From: Podarcis melisellensis
Taxonomy: Eukaryota
DNA length: 64,000 nt
Strand: one strand, 5' to 3'
NCBI GenBank assembly: GCA_964234715.1
Contig: OZ174276.1
The notes under the pieces are model-generated. The model was not told the DNA's origin and ran no database searches. It saw nothing but the letters and a program-made list of their open reading frames with translations. The stretch's first letter is position 1. Each line of letters opens with the position of its first letter. Shown in pieces: positions 51,813-62,682 of the stretch. The position numbers were made by a program, and so were the translations under genes.

Positions 51813-52273
51813 TGTTGTTGTTGTTGCTTAGTTGTTTAGTCGTGTCCGACTCTTCCTGACCCCATGGATCAGAGCACTCCAGGCATTCCTCTCTTCCACT
51901 GCCTCCAGCAGTTTGGTCAAACTCATGTTGGTAGCTTCCAGAACACTGTCCAACCATCTCGTCCTCTGTCGTCCCCTTCTCCTTGTGCCCTCAATCTTTC
52001 CCAGCATCAGGGTCTTTTCCAGGGAGTCTTCTCTTCTCATGAGGCGGCCAAAGTATTGGAGCCTCAGCTTCAGGATCTGTCCTTCCAGTGAGCACTCAGG
52101 GCTGATTTCCTTCAGAATGGAGAGGTTTGATCTTCTTGCAGTCCGTGTGACTCTCAAGAGTCTCCTCCAGCACCATAATTCAAAAGCACCAATTCTTCGG
52201 CGATCAGCCTTCTTTATGGTCCAGCTCTCACTTCCATACATCACTACTGGGAAAACCATAGCTTTAACTATAC
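51813..52273 (-). mobile_element. 5'-truncated RTE/Bov-B LINE 3' fragment
   Basis: Minus-strand ORF (VKA)MVFPVVMYGSESWTIKKADRRRIGAFELWCWRRLLRV...LKLRLQYFGRLMRREDSLEKTLMLGKIEGTRRRGRQRTRWLD is the C-terminal region of Bov-B ORF. Ends in a (CAA)n tail at 51813-51826. Confidence 0.93.
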
Positions 52274-54701
52274 AAAATAGTTACATGTAATTCAAGCATA
52301 CCGGTTTTATCTATTAAGTTAAACTGTTGATTGTTGTCCATCAATGACTAAGTTCCGGGATTTTACAGCAGATGTACGATATTAAAAAAGTTAAAGTTCT
52401 GTTTAATCTTTGAAAGTTCACCATAGCTCATTCCTCTCTTCGGCCATCTTTTTACATACATTTTGTCTTGTTATGCAGCTTCAGCATCTCTCTGTCGGTC
52501 CATCCATCCTTCCATCCATTATTCCATCCAATCAGCCTCTCTGTTTCTCTTTTCCTTCCCACCTCCATTTTCTCACTTGGTTTCCAACAAACCTTTTTTA
52601 AAAACTGAGAAACTTACATCAATACTAAATCACGGTTTATTATCACAAGATTATAAAGTGTTTTACAGTGTTTTCCAAGCATTTCTGTGCAGCGTAGTGG
52701 TCAATTGGGAGGTCACAAGCACCGTCGAAACAAGTTTTAAAAAGCAAACAATAAACTAGTTAGACAGATAAATAGATAGACAGATAGAAAACACTGCCAA
52801 AGAACTGACACACACACGAGAGAGCGAGTTTGCCCTTTACACCACTCTCTTAAGCACCCTGAATTCAACCCAGAAGAAAAATTAAGCACTTTTAAAATCC
52901 TTTAGAAATTAATGAGATTCTGTGTATACTTGTAAATCCTATTTAAGTATGCTGAACTTCCTCTGAGTTGAGTTTATTTGGAGACAAGTCCCACTGAAAT
53001 CGCTAGGATTAAATCCAAGTTAGAGTCGTGGGTGTAGAGCCCGAACAGGTTTATTATGGCGTGAGCTGCGATGTTGGCAACAGCCTATTTCATTTGCTTA
53101 GGAAAAGGTCATTCCGTAATGGGTGAGTTACACTTCAACCCAGCCTACACTTGGAAACAATAATTTATTGAAGCTTCCTACTCACTGAGATTCGGACTGA
53201 AAATACAAGGCTGCGATTTTCTGCACCCTGATTTATATGGAAGCCCCACTGAACTCAATGATGATTTCAAAGCAAACACAGAACTGGACTTTTTATCTCC
53301 CACTGATTCGAATGGCACTTAACAACGCTTAATTTTGTCTCCATACCATATTATTATTGTTATTATTTTGTTTGTTGTTGCTATATTATTATTACTACTG
53401 TTGTTGTTGTTTTGTTATTGGTACCATTACACTAGTATCGAAGAATGAATACAATCCAGCTGAAGTTAAGCGTTTTCGGTCAAATGGTTATGAATCAGTC
53501 AACCACCTCCTTCCTTCTCTTCTGCTGAAATCTAAATTTCGCTAAATTGGGACTCAACTTTGGTATTCATCGCATCCTGCTCCAATTCCATTGTGACGTG
53601 GTAATGTTTAATAGCCGATGCAGCTCGGAGCCAAAGAAATAGGAAGCCCACCAGCAACCGTTCCTTTGAATACACGGAATATTTCATGTGATGCCTCACT
53701 GGAACGTGTACACACCCCTGCGAATCTATTTTAATTGCTGATTTCCCCGTTTAACATCTGAACAACAACGGCGAGGAGCTCCTTGTAGTCTTTTAGTTTA
53801 TTCATTAATTAATGTGGCAAGTTTAAGGTCCTGACATCCATTTTGTTTTGCCTCTGCGCAGTTGTTGTCAATAGATTTACTTTGTGTTTATACCCAAAAG
53901 ACATAGTCTATCCGATCTAGTGTTTAATTGGGTTGTGTTTCGTAGTAAACAAATAAATTAAAATGTACTTAACCTTACCCATCTGTACTCTGTGCTTTCC
54001 CACCTCATCCCCCGCCCCCTTTCACTTAGGTTGTTAGTCTACTTTACTCACTAAACTGTTCCCATCGGAGTAGCGAGCAAAGATATTAGAGAGTGTCATT
54101 AAACGAATCTCCTTTTATAGAAAACATGCATTCAGTCTATGGAACTCTATTAAGGTAACAATAATACTAATAATACTAGTAAAAGACTCCCAGTGAAATA
54201 GTGGGCCTTCAGGAACAATCATCCTAAGAAGAACAATATATGCAACTCTATAATGAGTTAATATACTTCAAATATGGCAACTAATTAGAATTCAAAGACA
54301 TATTAAAAAGTTTCCATCCTGATTGCCTCTCCCTTAGAAGCACAAAAATAGTCAGACACCGCAGGATGCCTCGTGGGAAATATTCCATATACACATTTTT
54401 GTTATGTTGACCCACAAGAAAAAGTTCACATTTAGGGCAATTCCTTTGTTAAGCTAAGTAAAATGTCACAAAATACTGTGCACGTTTCCGAGTTCTCCAG
54501 AGCTCTTCGTTAAGGCTAGATGGTAAACAAAGGAAGGAAAGGGGAGGGATTGGCAAGCGCTGCCTGGATGGGGTTCACATTTAGTCACAGTACTAAGATG
54601 AAATGTGGGAGGAGGGAGCAGGAACCCCCTGTGTAGAATTTAGAACCTACGTAGTCATGGATCTCAGTTCCAGCCACGTATACTCTGAGGTAGGTCCCAT
54701 A

Positions 54702-54800
54702 GACCACAATCCCACGCAAGTCTACTCAGAAGTAAGACCCACTGAATTCCATGGGACTTATCGCCATTGACGTGTGTGCACTGTATAGAATTGCAATCTT
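54702..54800. repeat. Family A hairpin element
   Basis: CACAATCCCACGCAAGTCTACTCAGAAGTAAGACCCACTGAATTCCATGGGACTTA...TATAGAATTGCAATC. Confidence 0.7.
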
Positions 54801-57464
54801 AATTTCGAGGGTGTTTACCCGGCGCATATAGATCTGTCTGTGGGTTTCACTCCATTTATCCTCTCCTGAAAGCCAGTGTTGGCTGGGATCAATTTTTGAC
54901 AAGGTGTTTTTCAGCAGGAAGTCAACGTGGCTGCTTCCGAAGAAACCCCACCATTCACTGAAACTGGGGCTTGTGAATGAACGTTCGTCAGTGGTCGGAG
55001 CCTTCTGACAAACCACTGATTTAATTAAAATAGTTTAAACTTACGGTGGCATATAAAAGAACGTGTAGTTCAAAGTTTCCAAAGTTTTCAAGAAAGGACC
55101 ACGATGATCCCATTTCAGGTTTTATCTATTTTCAAGATTTTTGTTAGAGCTGAAACAAGATAAAACAAGAGAGATATATTCATTCTTCCCCACCCCCCTG
55201 CCGCTCAGATTGTTAGATGGATAAATTTCCCATTGTTTCGTAAGACCCAGACATAGATCTTGTCGCGTTCTGAAAGGAATAACGAGATAGTGGTGTTTGT
55301 TTGTGTTTCTATACATAGATAAATCCATTTTTATTATTTTATGTAAAGAGTGGAAATGTATGCACATATATGATCTCTTACAGGCTTGTCTTGCAGTTCT
55401 GCTGCAGAGCGAAGACCTAGACTCGTAGCTTAAAGTCACTCCTTACGCAACTTGAATTTATTGATATTTCTTCTCCCCGCCCCCCTCGCTAATGTTCTGC
55501 ATGCGGTACAAAATAAGCGTTTGTTATAAGCCGCTTAGTGCACAGCTTACTGCAGAAAGGCGGCATATAAATAGAGGAAATCAAGTCAATCAAACTTACT
55601 TAAATGGAAATACTGGAATGAGAAATGTTCCAGTCGAGTCAATATGTATCCTAAACAAAAGCATTCACTTCTTCAGTGAGAGAGGGCTGTGTCTCCTGCA
55701 ACAAAACCGCATCTGGAACATAGCTCCTTAGAGTAGACCTTTTTAGCACACCGGAGAGCTTCTAATGGGGGAAACCAGAGGCGGGAAGGCATTGACAAAC
55801 TTGCTCTCTTTAAACTGAACTTTTGCACTTGCTTTCAAGAACATTATCGGGGTGGGTTTCAGGCCCCCTTGGAGACTCGCTTTCCATGCTAAATAATTAA
55901 TTAACGCGCAGCTGCATCGCGGCCGGGGCTCTCCCGGCTCTTCATACGGCCTGCAAAACTTGCTCCCAAGAAATCATTATACAACTGGGCTGCTGTTGCT
56001 TCTCTTTGGCTGCCGTCCTAGGGTCGTGTGCGAGTCACCCGACTCTTATTTTTCTCCCTCTCACTGCAAGACTTTCACGTCTCAGACAGCCGAAATTTAA
56101 CAAGCATCGCTTGGGAAGAAATGGAAAGGCGATTACATCTTCCACCCCCACTTTAAAAAAAGAAAGAAAGAAAGAAAATAAAAGATGTGGGAAACGTTTA
56201 ACGGGATGTATAAAGAAATTAATTGCAATTCTATGAGCACTTACTTCGGAGTAAGCTCCAATGAACTCAGCGGGAAGGACATGCACGTGAATGTATAATA
56301 TGGTCGCCATGGGCAGCAAAATGAACACGCGTGTTGTTTTGCTTGCACAAACGCGATTTTTAAGGAGAGGGTGCACGTGTGTTACAGCATTTTATCCGAC
56401 TGGCGATTTTTTTCTTCTTAAATCTGGACCCAGCCAACATGTACACCCGCAGGCCTCAAAGAAGGGACACCCAAGGCTTTTTTTGGAACCATCCCAAACG
56501 AAACAGTAACTTAAGCTGGAATGCTGGCGATCTGTTCCCTGGACTCAGTGCTGGACCTCTACCCTTTCTCTCTAAAAGATACCCTGGAAATTTGGGATTC
56601 CACTCACTTCTCACTGTATGAGGGAAAATCCTCAGGCCATTTATCCCCGGGGCATATTGGCTTCATAAGATTTTAAGACATATCCAGGAACGTGTGTTTA
56701 GGACTGAAATATTCAGCCGAAGGTGAAATATTTCCGCCAATACCAACCACGTCAAATCTACACCTTGAAAAATGTCCACTCCTTCTCCTCCTCCTCTTCG
56801 TTCTTCTATTTTGTCCTGCTTTAACAACAACAAAGAGACCTGCTGGCACCTGAAGGTCTAAGGAACTCATTGTGGAGTAAACTTTCTTCGTGGACCCGAG
56901 TCTACTTTATCCGAACCCTCCTCTGCTCTAGCGATGCTTTTGTCGGGAGATATTCGCTGGGGCGTTTAACGCAGCTATTCATTTAGGAGACAAGAAGGCT
57001 AAAAGATAAAGCTAAATTAAGCGTCAATTGAGTCATTAAACCTCAATCTCCAAATGTAATCAAGATGCTATCATGATTCTAGCCTAACTGATGCTCAGAA
57101 GCATTTTAAACACATCCCAGAGAAAGTTAAGTCTTATTGATTTCAAAGGGGAGACTCGAACCCGCGCTTATCTCTTTTTCCCACGGGAATCAATGGGGTG
57201 TAGAAAAGCTCAACTTCGGCGCCATCCCCCCAAAAAACGTGTTTAGGATTAGGGTGCAAAAATTCAGTACGTTCTTCTGGAGTTCTTGGAAAGTGAGGCG
57301 CGGGAGTGGGGGGGAATGTTTACAATCAGATTCCAGCAACTCAGTTCTTGTTCCCCCAGATGTATAAAACTGGAATGAACAATACCTTCCATTCCTAGAG
57401 TAGGACACGTAGGCAGTCTTGGGAGGACAGTCAACTATCATCTATGGGCATCAAAGATCAACCC

Positions 57465-57617
57465 GAGCGCCATCCAGCCCGAAGTTAAGGCATTGTCACG
57501 TCCATTGATTTCAGTGGGGGAGAAGGTGCGCACGCCTGTTTTATAAAGCACATACTCAACCCTCCGCTTAAAATCAGTGACACTCAAAAAGTGCCTAACA
57601 TTGGCTGAATCGTGCTC
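57465..57617. repeat. Family B hairpin/MITE element
   Basis: GAGCGCCATCCAGCCCGAAGTTAAGGCA..GTCCATTGATTTCAGTGGG..AAATCAGTGACAC..GTGCCTAACATTGGCTGAATCGTGCTC. Confidence 0.7.
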
Positions 57618-58254
57618 CTTTTAGTAAAAAAGTATTACGTTCTAAAATTAAAATTTGTCAAACAAGGTTAAATAAAAATAACACCAACGGCTCAATTGGT
57701 CTAGAACTGTAGCCATCTTCATTTTCCATCGTTTTGTAGCCAACATTTCGGGGAAAAAGAATTCCATTAAGTAAACAAGGGAGCTGTTAATTCCGTATGT
57801 ATAGGGGAGAGTGCCTGGAGTAATACTTCTCACCAACCTTTCTGATGGAAATGTCGCATTCTTGCCATCGAATTCCATTTGAAACTGAAGGATGTAAACA
57901 TTTGAGACCGTATGTGCGTGGCGCTGGAAATATATATTGTAAGCAATGAGATCTGAGGGAAATGAAGTGCACAAAATACAGGGTGGATGATAATTAGGTA
58001 ACTAATTAACATACCTAAAACTCAGGATACAGTTGAGGAAATGGACTCTAGTCCACGTATGCTGATGCCATAGTATGTATATTTAAGGTGCCACAACTAT
58101 CTGTTACTTTCCCTGCAAGAGACTAGCACTGCTGGAAAAATCTTCCAACAGTAGTTGTAAACTGCCCTGAGCTTTGGAGAGGCAACATGGTTATGATTTA
58201 AATTAACATAGTGTTGGGGGGAGCAACATTTTGATTGTGTCTATTTTTGGCTTA

Positions 58255-58606
58255 AAAGGTAAAGGGAGCCCTGACCATTAGGTCCAGTCGTGGCCGACTC
58301 TGGGGTTGCAGCGCTCATCTCGCTTTATTGGCCGAGGAAGCCGGCGTACAGCTTCCGGGTCATGTGGCCAGCATGACTAAGCTGCTTCTGGTGAACCAGA
58401 GCAGCGCACGGAAACGCCGTTTACCTTCCTGCCAGAGCGGTACCTATTTATCTACTTGCACTTTGACATGCTTTCGAACTGCTAGGTGGGCAGGAGCTGG
58501 GACTGAGCAACGGGAGCTCACCCTGTCGTGGGGATTCGAATCGCCGACCTTCTGATCGGCAAGTCCTAGGCTCTGTGGTTTAACCCACAGCACCACCCGC
58601 ATCCCT
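58255..58606 (-). mobile_element. Full-length Sauria SINE (lacertid-type)
   Basis: Minus strand starts GGGATGCGGGTGGTGCTGTGGGTTAAACCACAGAGCC, has a B-box-like GATTCGAATCCC, a TAAATAGGTACCGCT core and a CCCTTTACCTTT tail. 13-bp TSD TATTTTTGGCTTA at 58242-58254 and 58607-58619. Confidence 0.9.
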
Positions 58607-58695
58607 TATTTTTGGCTTACTCAGAAAAAATTAAAGCAGAGGAGAACTTCAGCCAGACCACGAAGTGCTCCTTGGAATCAAGCAGTAGTTCCTCC

Positions 58696-58872
58696 AGGAA
58701 TAGGAAAATGCCTTTGATTGACCTACCTGACTTAGAAATGTCTACACTTCCTGGCAGTGACTCTCCAAGGGTTCAGGCAGGGAAGCTTTCCCATTTCTAT
58801 CTGGAGATGCAGGGTATTGAACCCTGGGCCTCCTGTGTGCAAAGCAGATGCTCTAACACTGAGCTCTGAACC
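58696..58872 (-). mobile_element. Degraded tRNA-headed squamate SINE (Squam2/Anolis SINE2-like)
   Basis: Minus strand AGCTCAGTGTTAGAGCATCTGCTTTGCACACAGGAGGCCCAGGGTTCAATACCCTGCATCTCCAG (A and B boxes), then ...CTGCCAGGAAGTGTAGACA... and TTCCTATTCCT end. Confidence 0.7.
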
Positions 58873-59162
58873 AGGGACTGTCCAATATACTTTGCTGCCT
58901 GAGGGAGATAAGATGACACCTCTCTCATCCCATGTACAAAAGGTGGCCAGACTGGAAGCTGAATCTTATAACGGAACAGCATCCTCCACTAAAATTTATC
59001 AATTTTCTCAAAAGTTTTCTTCTCCTGGAAAAAAGGCCTCCATGATTTTCCTGCCTGGAACCTCTCCCACACATACACAGAATAGAAGCCTCAATGGTGC
59101 CCCTCTGGAGGCTTCACCCAGGACAAAAAAACCAGGTATCCTCCCCCCCCTGCCACCGCAAG

Positions 59163-59551
59163 CAGCGGCGTAGCGTGGGTTGTCAACACCCGGGGCAAGG
59201 CAAGTAATTTGCGCCCCCTAACCCCTAACCTGCCGTCGCTGCCAGCTTCTTCTTGCTGCTGCCTGGTCTGGTCTGGTGTGGTTCTCTCCCACGCTCAGCG
59301 CTGCGCTGGGTGGCCGCTGCACTGTCCCTCCCCCAGATAGTCCCTCGCTCTCTCTCTGCACCGCACGCCTGGCACCCACCCCCTCCACAGTGGGCGGCGA
59401 CCCGGCGGCTCGGATCGGATTCGCACAGCCAGCACTGCAGTGAGAGAGAGTGAGCCAGGTAGGGGCAGAGAGCTGCAAGTGCGAGCGCGCCCCCCCAGAT
59501 GTTGCGCCCGGTGCGCCCGGCCCCCCCTGCACCCCCCACGCTACGCCACTG
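59163..59551. mobile_element. Non-autonomous hAT DNA transposon
   Basis: 17-bp TIRs CAGCGGCGTAGCGTGGG / CCCACGCTACGCCACTG (1 mismatch). 8-bp TSD ACCGCAAG (59155-59162) / GCCGCAAG (59552-59559). GC- and CpG-rich interior. Confidence 0.85.
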
Positions 59552-59832
59552 GCCGCAAGCTATGGCACTGCCTCAGGGCACTTGAAAATTTCTTTAGGTT
59601 TTCAAGGTGTGTGTGGTTTTTGAACATAGGTGGCTGTGGGTGGTGCATGCCTTTTTCATTTCAGTAAATATTTTTCCTGCACTCTTCAGCCTCCTTTGGC
59701 CATGCTTCCTGATGTGAAAAAGTCCCATGGGGTGACTTTCCTCATGATGTCTTCCTCTGGGTCTTTCTTGAAGCATGTTTAAGGTTTTTTGTATGGAAGA
59801 ACCCTCAGGTATGTGAAGCCACACCAACTTCT

Positions 59833-60087
59833 GGGAGCCAGTGTGGTGTAGTGGTTCAGAGCGGTAGACTCGTAATCTGGTGAACCGAGTTCGCGTCTCC
59901 GCTCCTCCACATGCAGCTGCTGGGTGACCTTGGGCCAGTCACACTTCTCTGAAGTCTCTCAGCCCCACTCACCTCACAGAGTGTTTGTTGTGGGGGAGGA
60001 AGGGAAAAGGAGATTGTTAGCCGCTTTGAGACTCCTTAAGGTAGTGATAAAGTGGGATATCAAATCCAAACTCCTCCTCCTCTTCTT
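59833..60087 (+). mobile_element. tRNA-derived CORE SINE (MIR/Ther1-derived, Squam3-like), copy 1
   Basis: GGGAGCCAGTGTGGTGTAGTGGTT (A box), GAGTTCGCGTC (B box), CORE-like GCTGGGTGACCTTGGGCCAGTCAC, tail CCAAACTCCTCCTCCTCTTCTT. Confidence 0.85.
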
Positions 60088-60332
60088 GTGAGCCAGTGTG
60101 ATGTAGTGGTTAAGAGCGATGGACTCGTAATCTGGTGAACCGGGTTTGATTCCCTGCTTCTCTACATGCAGCTGCTGGGTGACCTTGGGCCAGTCACACT
60201 TCTCTGAAGTCTCTCAGCCCCACTCACCTCACAGAGTGTTTGTTGTGGGGGAGGAAGGGAAAAGGAGATTGTTAGCCGCTCTGAGACTCCTTAGGGTAGT
60301 GATAAAGAGGGATATCAAATCCAAACTCTTCT
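60088..60332 (+). mobile_element. tRNA-derived CORE SINE (Squam3-like), copy 2, head-to-tail with copy 1
   Basis: Near-identical to copy 1 and begins immediately after its (CTT) tail. Confidence 0.85.
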
Positions 60333-60684
60333 GTGGTCTGAAATAATACAGAGTAAGCATAGGATTACTATCTTCTTGAGAATTGGGCCGTCATAAGCAA
60401 CATTTTGCTAGTAAAATACAATCAGAAAGGGTAAGAGGAGGAAAACAGCCCACAATGTTGTGTTTGTTCATAAGACACAACACAGAATAGGTAGATTCTG
60501 TTCTGTACACAAGTATATCCATTGTAGGCTAGTGAGAGCAGTGACTAGGACAAAAGTGGAAACAGGCTCTGAGACACTGCCTTTCTTTGGCATAAGATGC
60601 ACACATTAATGAATTCATATTCCAGTTCATCCTGTCCATTGCTGAATGCTAGCAGAGTAAGACTGTATCAGATACTTCTTGGTT

Positions 60685-60860
60685 ATCGTTCCCATCTTCC
60701 AAGGAGCTTAAGTAGGTGGACATAGCTTTTGTCCTCACAGCAACCCTGTGAGTATGTTAGGAAGAGAGGAAGTGACTAGGCCAGCAAGATTCATGGATTT
60801 TCCCCCAGGCGTTCTCCAGCCCTAGTTCAGCAGTGAAATCACAGCACCACAGTGATTGGC
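60685..60860 (-). mobile_element. Old degraded CORE/MIR-type SINE
   Basis: Plus-strand TCCTCACAGCAACCCTGTGAGTATGTTAGG..AGTGACTAGGCCA..TTCATGG..TCTCCAGCCCTAGTTCAGCA..CACAGCACCACA is the reverse-complement pattern of the same SINE class. Confidence 0.6.
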
Positions 60861-60991
60861 AATGACATGTATACAAACTATCAATCAATTATATACTTGT
60901 TTCCTTAATTTCCACAAGTAGATTAATTTATTAAAAAATCTGATACTGTATCTTCTATGGTCTTTAATGTTGCCATGAAAGATGGAGAGAG

Positions 60992-61210
60992 NNNNNNNNN
61001 NNNNNNNNNNNNNNNNNNNNNNNNNNNNNNNNNNNNNNNNNNNNNNNNNNNNNNNNNNNNNNNNNNNNNNNNNNNNNNNNNNNNNNNNNNNNNNNNNNNN
61101 NNNNNNNNNNNNNNNNNNNNNNNNNNNNNNNNNNNNNNNNNNNNNNNNNNNNNNNNNNNNNNNNNNNNNNNNNNNNNNNNNNNNNNNNNNNNNNNNNNNN
61201 NNNNNNNNNN
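60992..61210. other. Assembly gap (N run)
   Basis: 219 N flanked by GA-rich sequence. Confidence 1.
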
Positions 61211-61344
61211 GAAGGAGGAGGAGGGGGAGGGAAGGTGGACAGAGCAGAACATACCCCAATGGTTGTGGAGGAAGTCACTGGCAGAGCATGAAAGTGAAAA
61301 AAAGCTAACTTTTTGAATTTCTGGTCCATGGTCTCTCCTGGCTT

Positions 61345-61486
61345 TGGAGGTGCTGATACATCTCGTTGCCAAAGCACAAGGGGCAGCAGTGGGCATTGAT
61401 ACACCTTCTTGCCAAGGGTGCAAGGGAGGAGGGGGTGCAGATACAATTCCTTGCCAAGGGCACAAGGGAGCCTAGGTATGCCTCTG
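61345..61486. mobile_element. Right end of a probable hAT element with three 42-43 bp subterminal repeats
   Basis: GATACA-N5-TTGCCAA..CAAGGG recurs at 61355, 61398 and 61440; ends in TIR-like CTAGGTATGCCTCTG. The left end may be in the gap. Confidence 0.55.
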
Positions 61487-62682
61487 GCTGTGAGTACACT
61501 GACAGGATTACTCCTCCAGAGTGACTATCCTGCACTGACCTTCCTGCTGCCATGCCCCTTTCCCTCCAGGTAAGTGGCAATAAGACAGCATCATGGCTCC
61601 ACACAATCTATTCATCCTCCTTGCTGACAAATAAGAGGCACTATTACAGTTCGAAGAACAACTGTGGAGCAGGGACAGAGAGGAGTCTGGCCAGGGGAGA
61701 ATATGTGCCATGGAGAGAGTCCTGGGAGCCAGATAGAGAGGTTGGAGGTTCGTGATTTGCTCCTAGGCATAAGAATCCCCATTCCAACATATTGGTAGGC
61801 TGGGACTAAGCCACATTGGTCTCAGTGGAAGACAGAAACTTATTTTCTCAGCTTCTCATTTAGTAGCATTTGGCAATCGCCTCCCACACTGTTTTGGTAC
61901 AGGCGTTTATGGCTCACATCAAGATCTGTTGTTGCCTACATATCCTACTACTAGTCAGCTATGTATATCAACTGTAGTAGTCTTCAGCTGCTCAAGAGAA
62001 GCACATTTGTTCAACATTTATACATCCTCCAAGAGGTAATTCCAAAGGAAATGAAAGAGGGAATGTCCAAAACATGTTTATAAAACAAAATGCCTTAACA
62101 AACTCTTCCTTTGTCATATTTTTTGATATGAGGCTGAACTAAGAGCACTAGATTTGGACATAGGTTGCTACAATATTAAGATAATCCTAAATGAGAGCTG
62201 AAGATTCAGTAGGTAGTTAGTTTCACCTTGTTCAGCCAGTAGGGTTGTGAATTATTTTGCAAAAATATATGTAGATTATAAAAACTTTCAGCCTCTGTAA
62301 AATAAATTACCTGCTTGTTTTGTATTGTATTATGTCCCTTGGATCCTGTAGGGTTACCTGGAAAATGCCTGGGAATGGGGCAGAGGAGGTACAATATCAG
62401 TTGTTATAGACAGAAGGAGATACTGGGAAGGGGTAAGGCCAGGCCATTTGAAGAGAAAGGGGATCTCAGCATTTAAGATCTGTTTCACCTTCTGGTCCTC
62501 TCTTCAACAGCAGTATTCTAAGCAGTAATGCCAACCTACTTTCATGCTTTAAGGAAATTTTAAGGCTGCTGCTTAGTGCCTGGTCAGTTCATAACAAACA
62601 TTGCTCACCTGATCATTTTATTTCTTATCAATAATATGGGAAGTGCCATTTGGATTTTTCTTCCTCAGAAACTGCTGCATCC

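Noticed and set aside
51832-52290. 152-aa plus-strand ORF
   Set aside because: Antisense shadow of the Bov-B ORF.
60885-61465. Long ORFs across N runs (also 6972-7205) and microsatellite ORFs (56-268, 37801-38022)
   Set aside because: Artefacts of assembly gaps and dinucleotide repeats.
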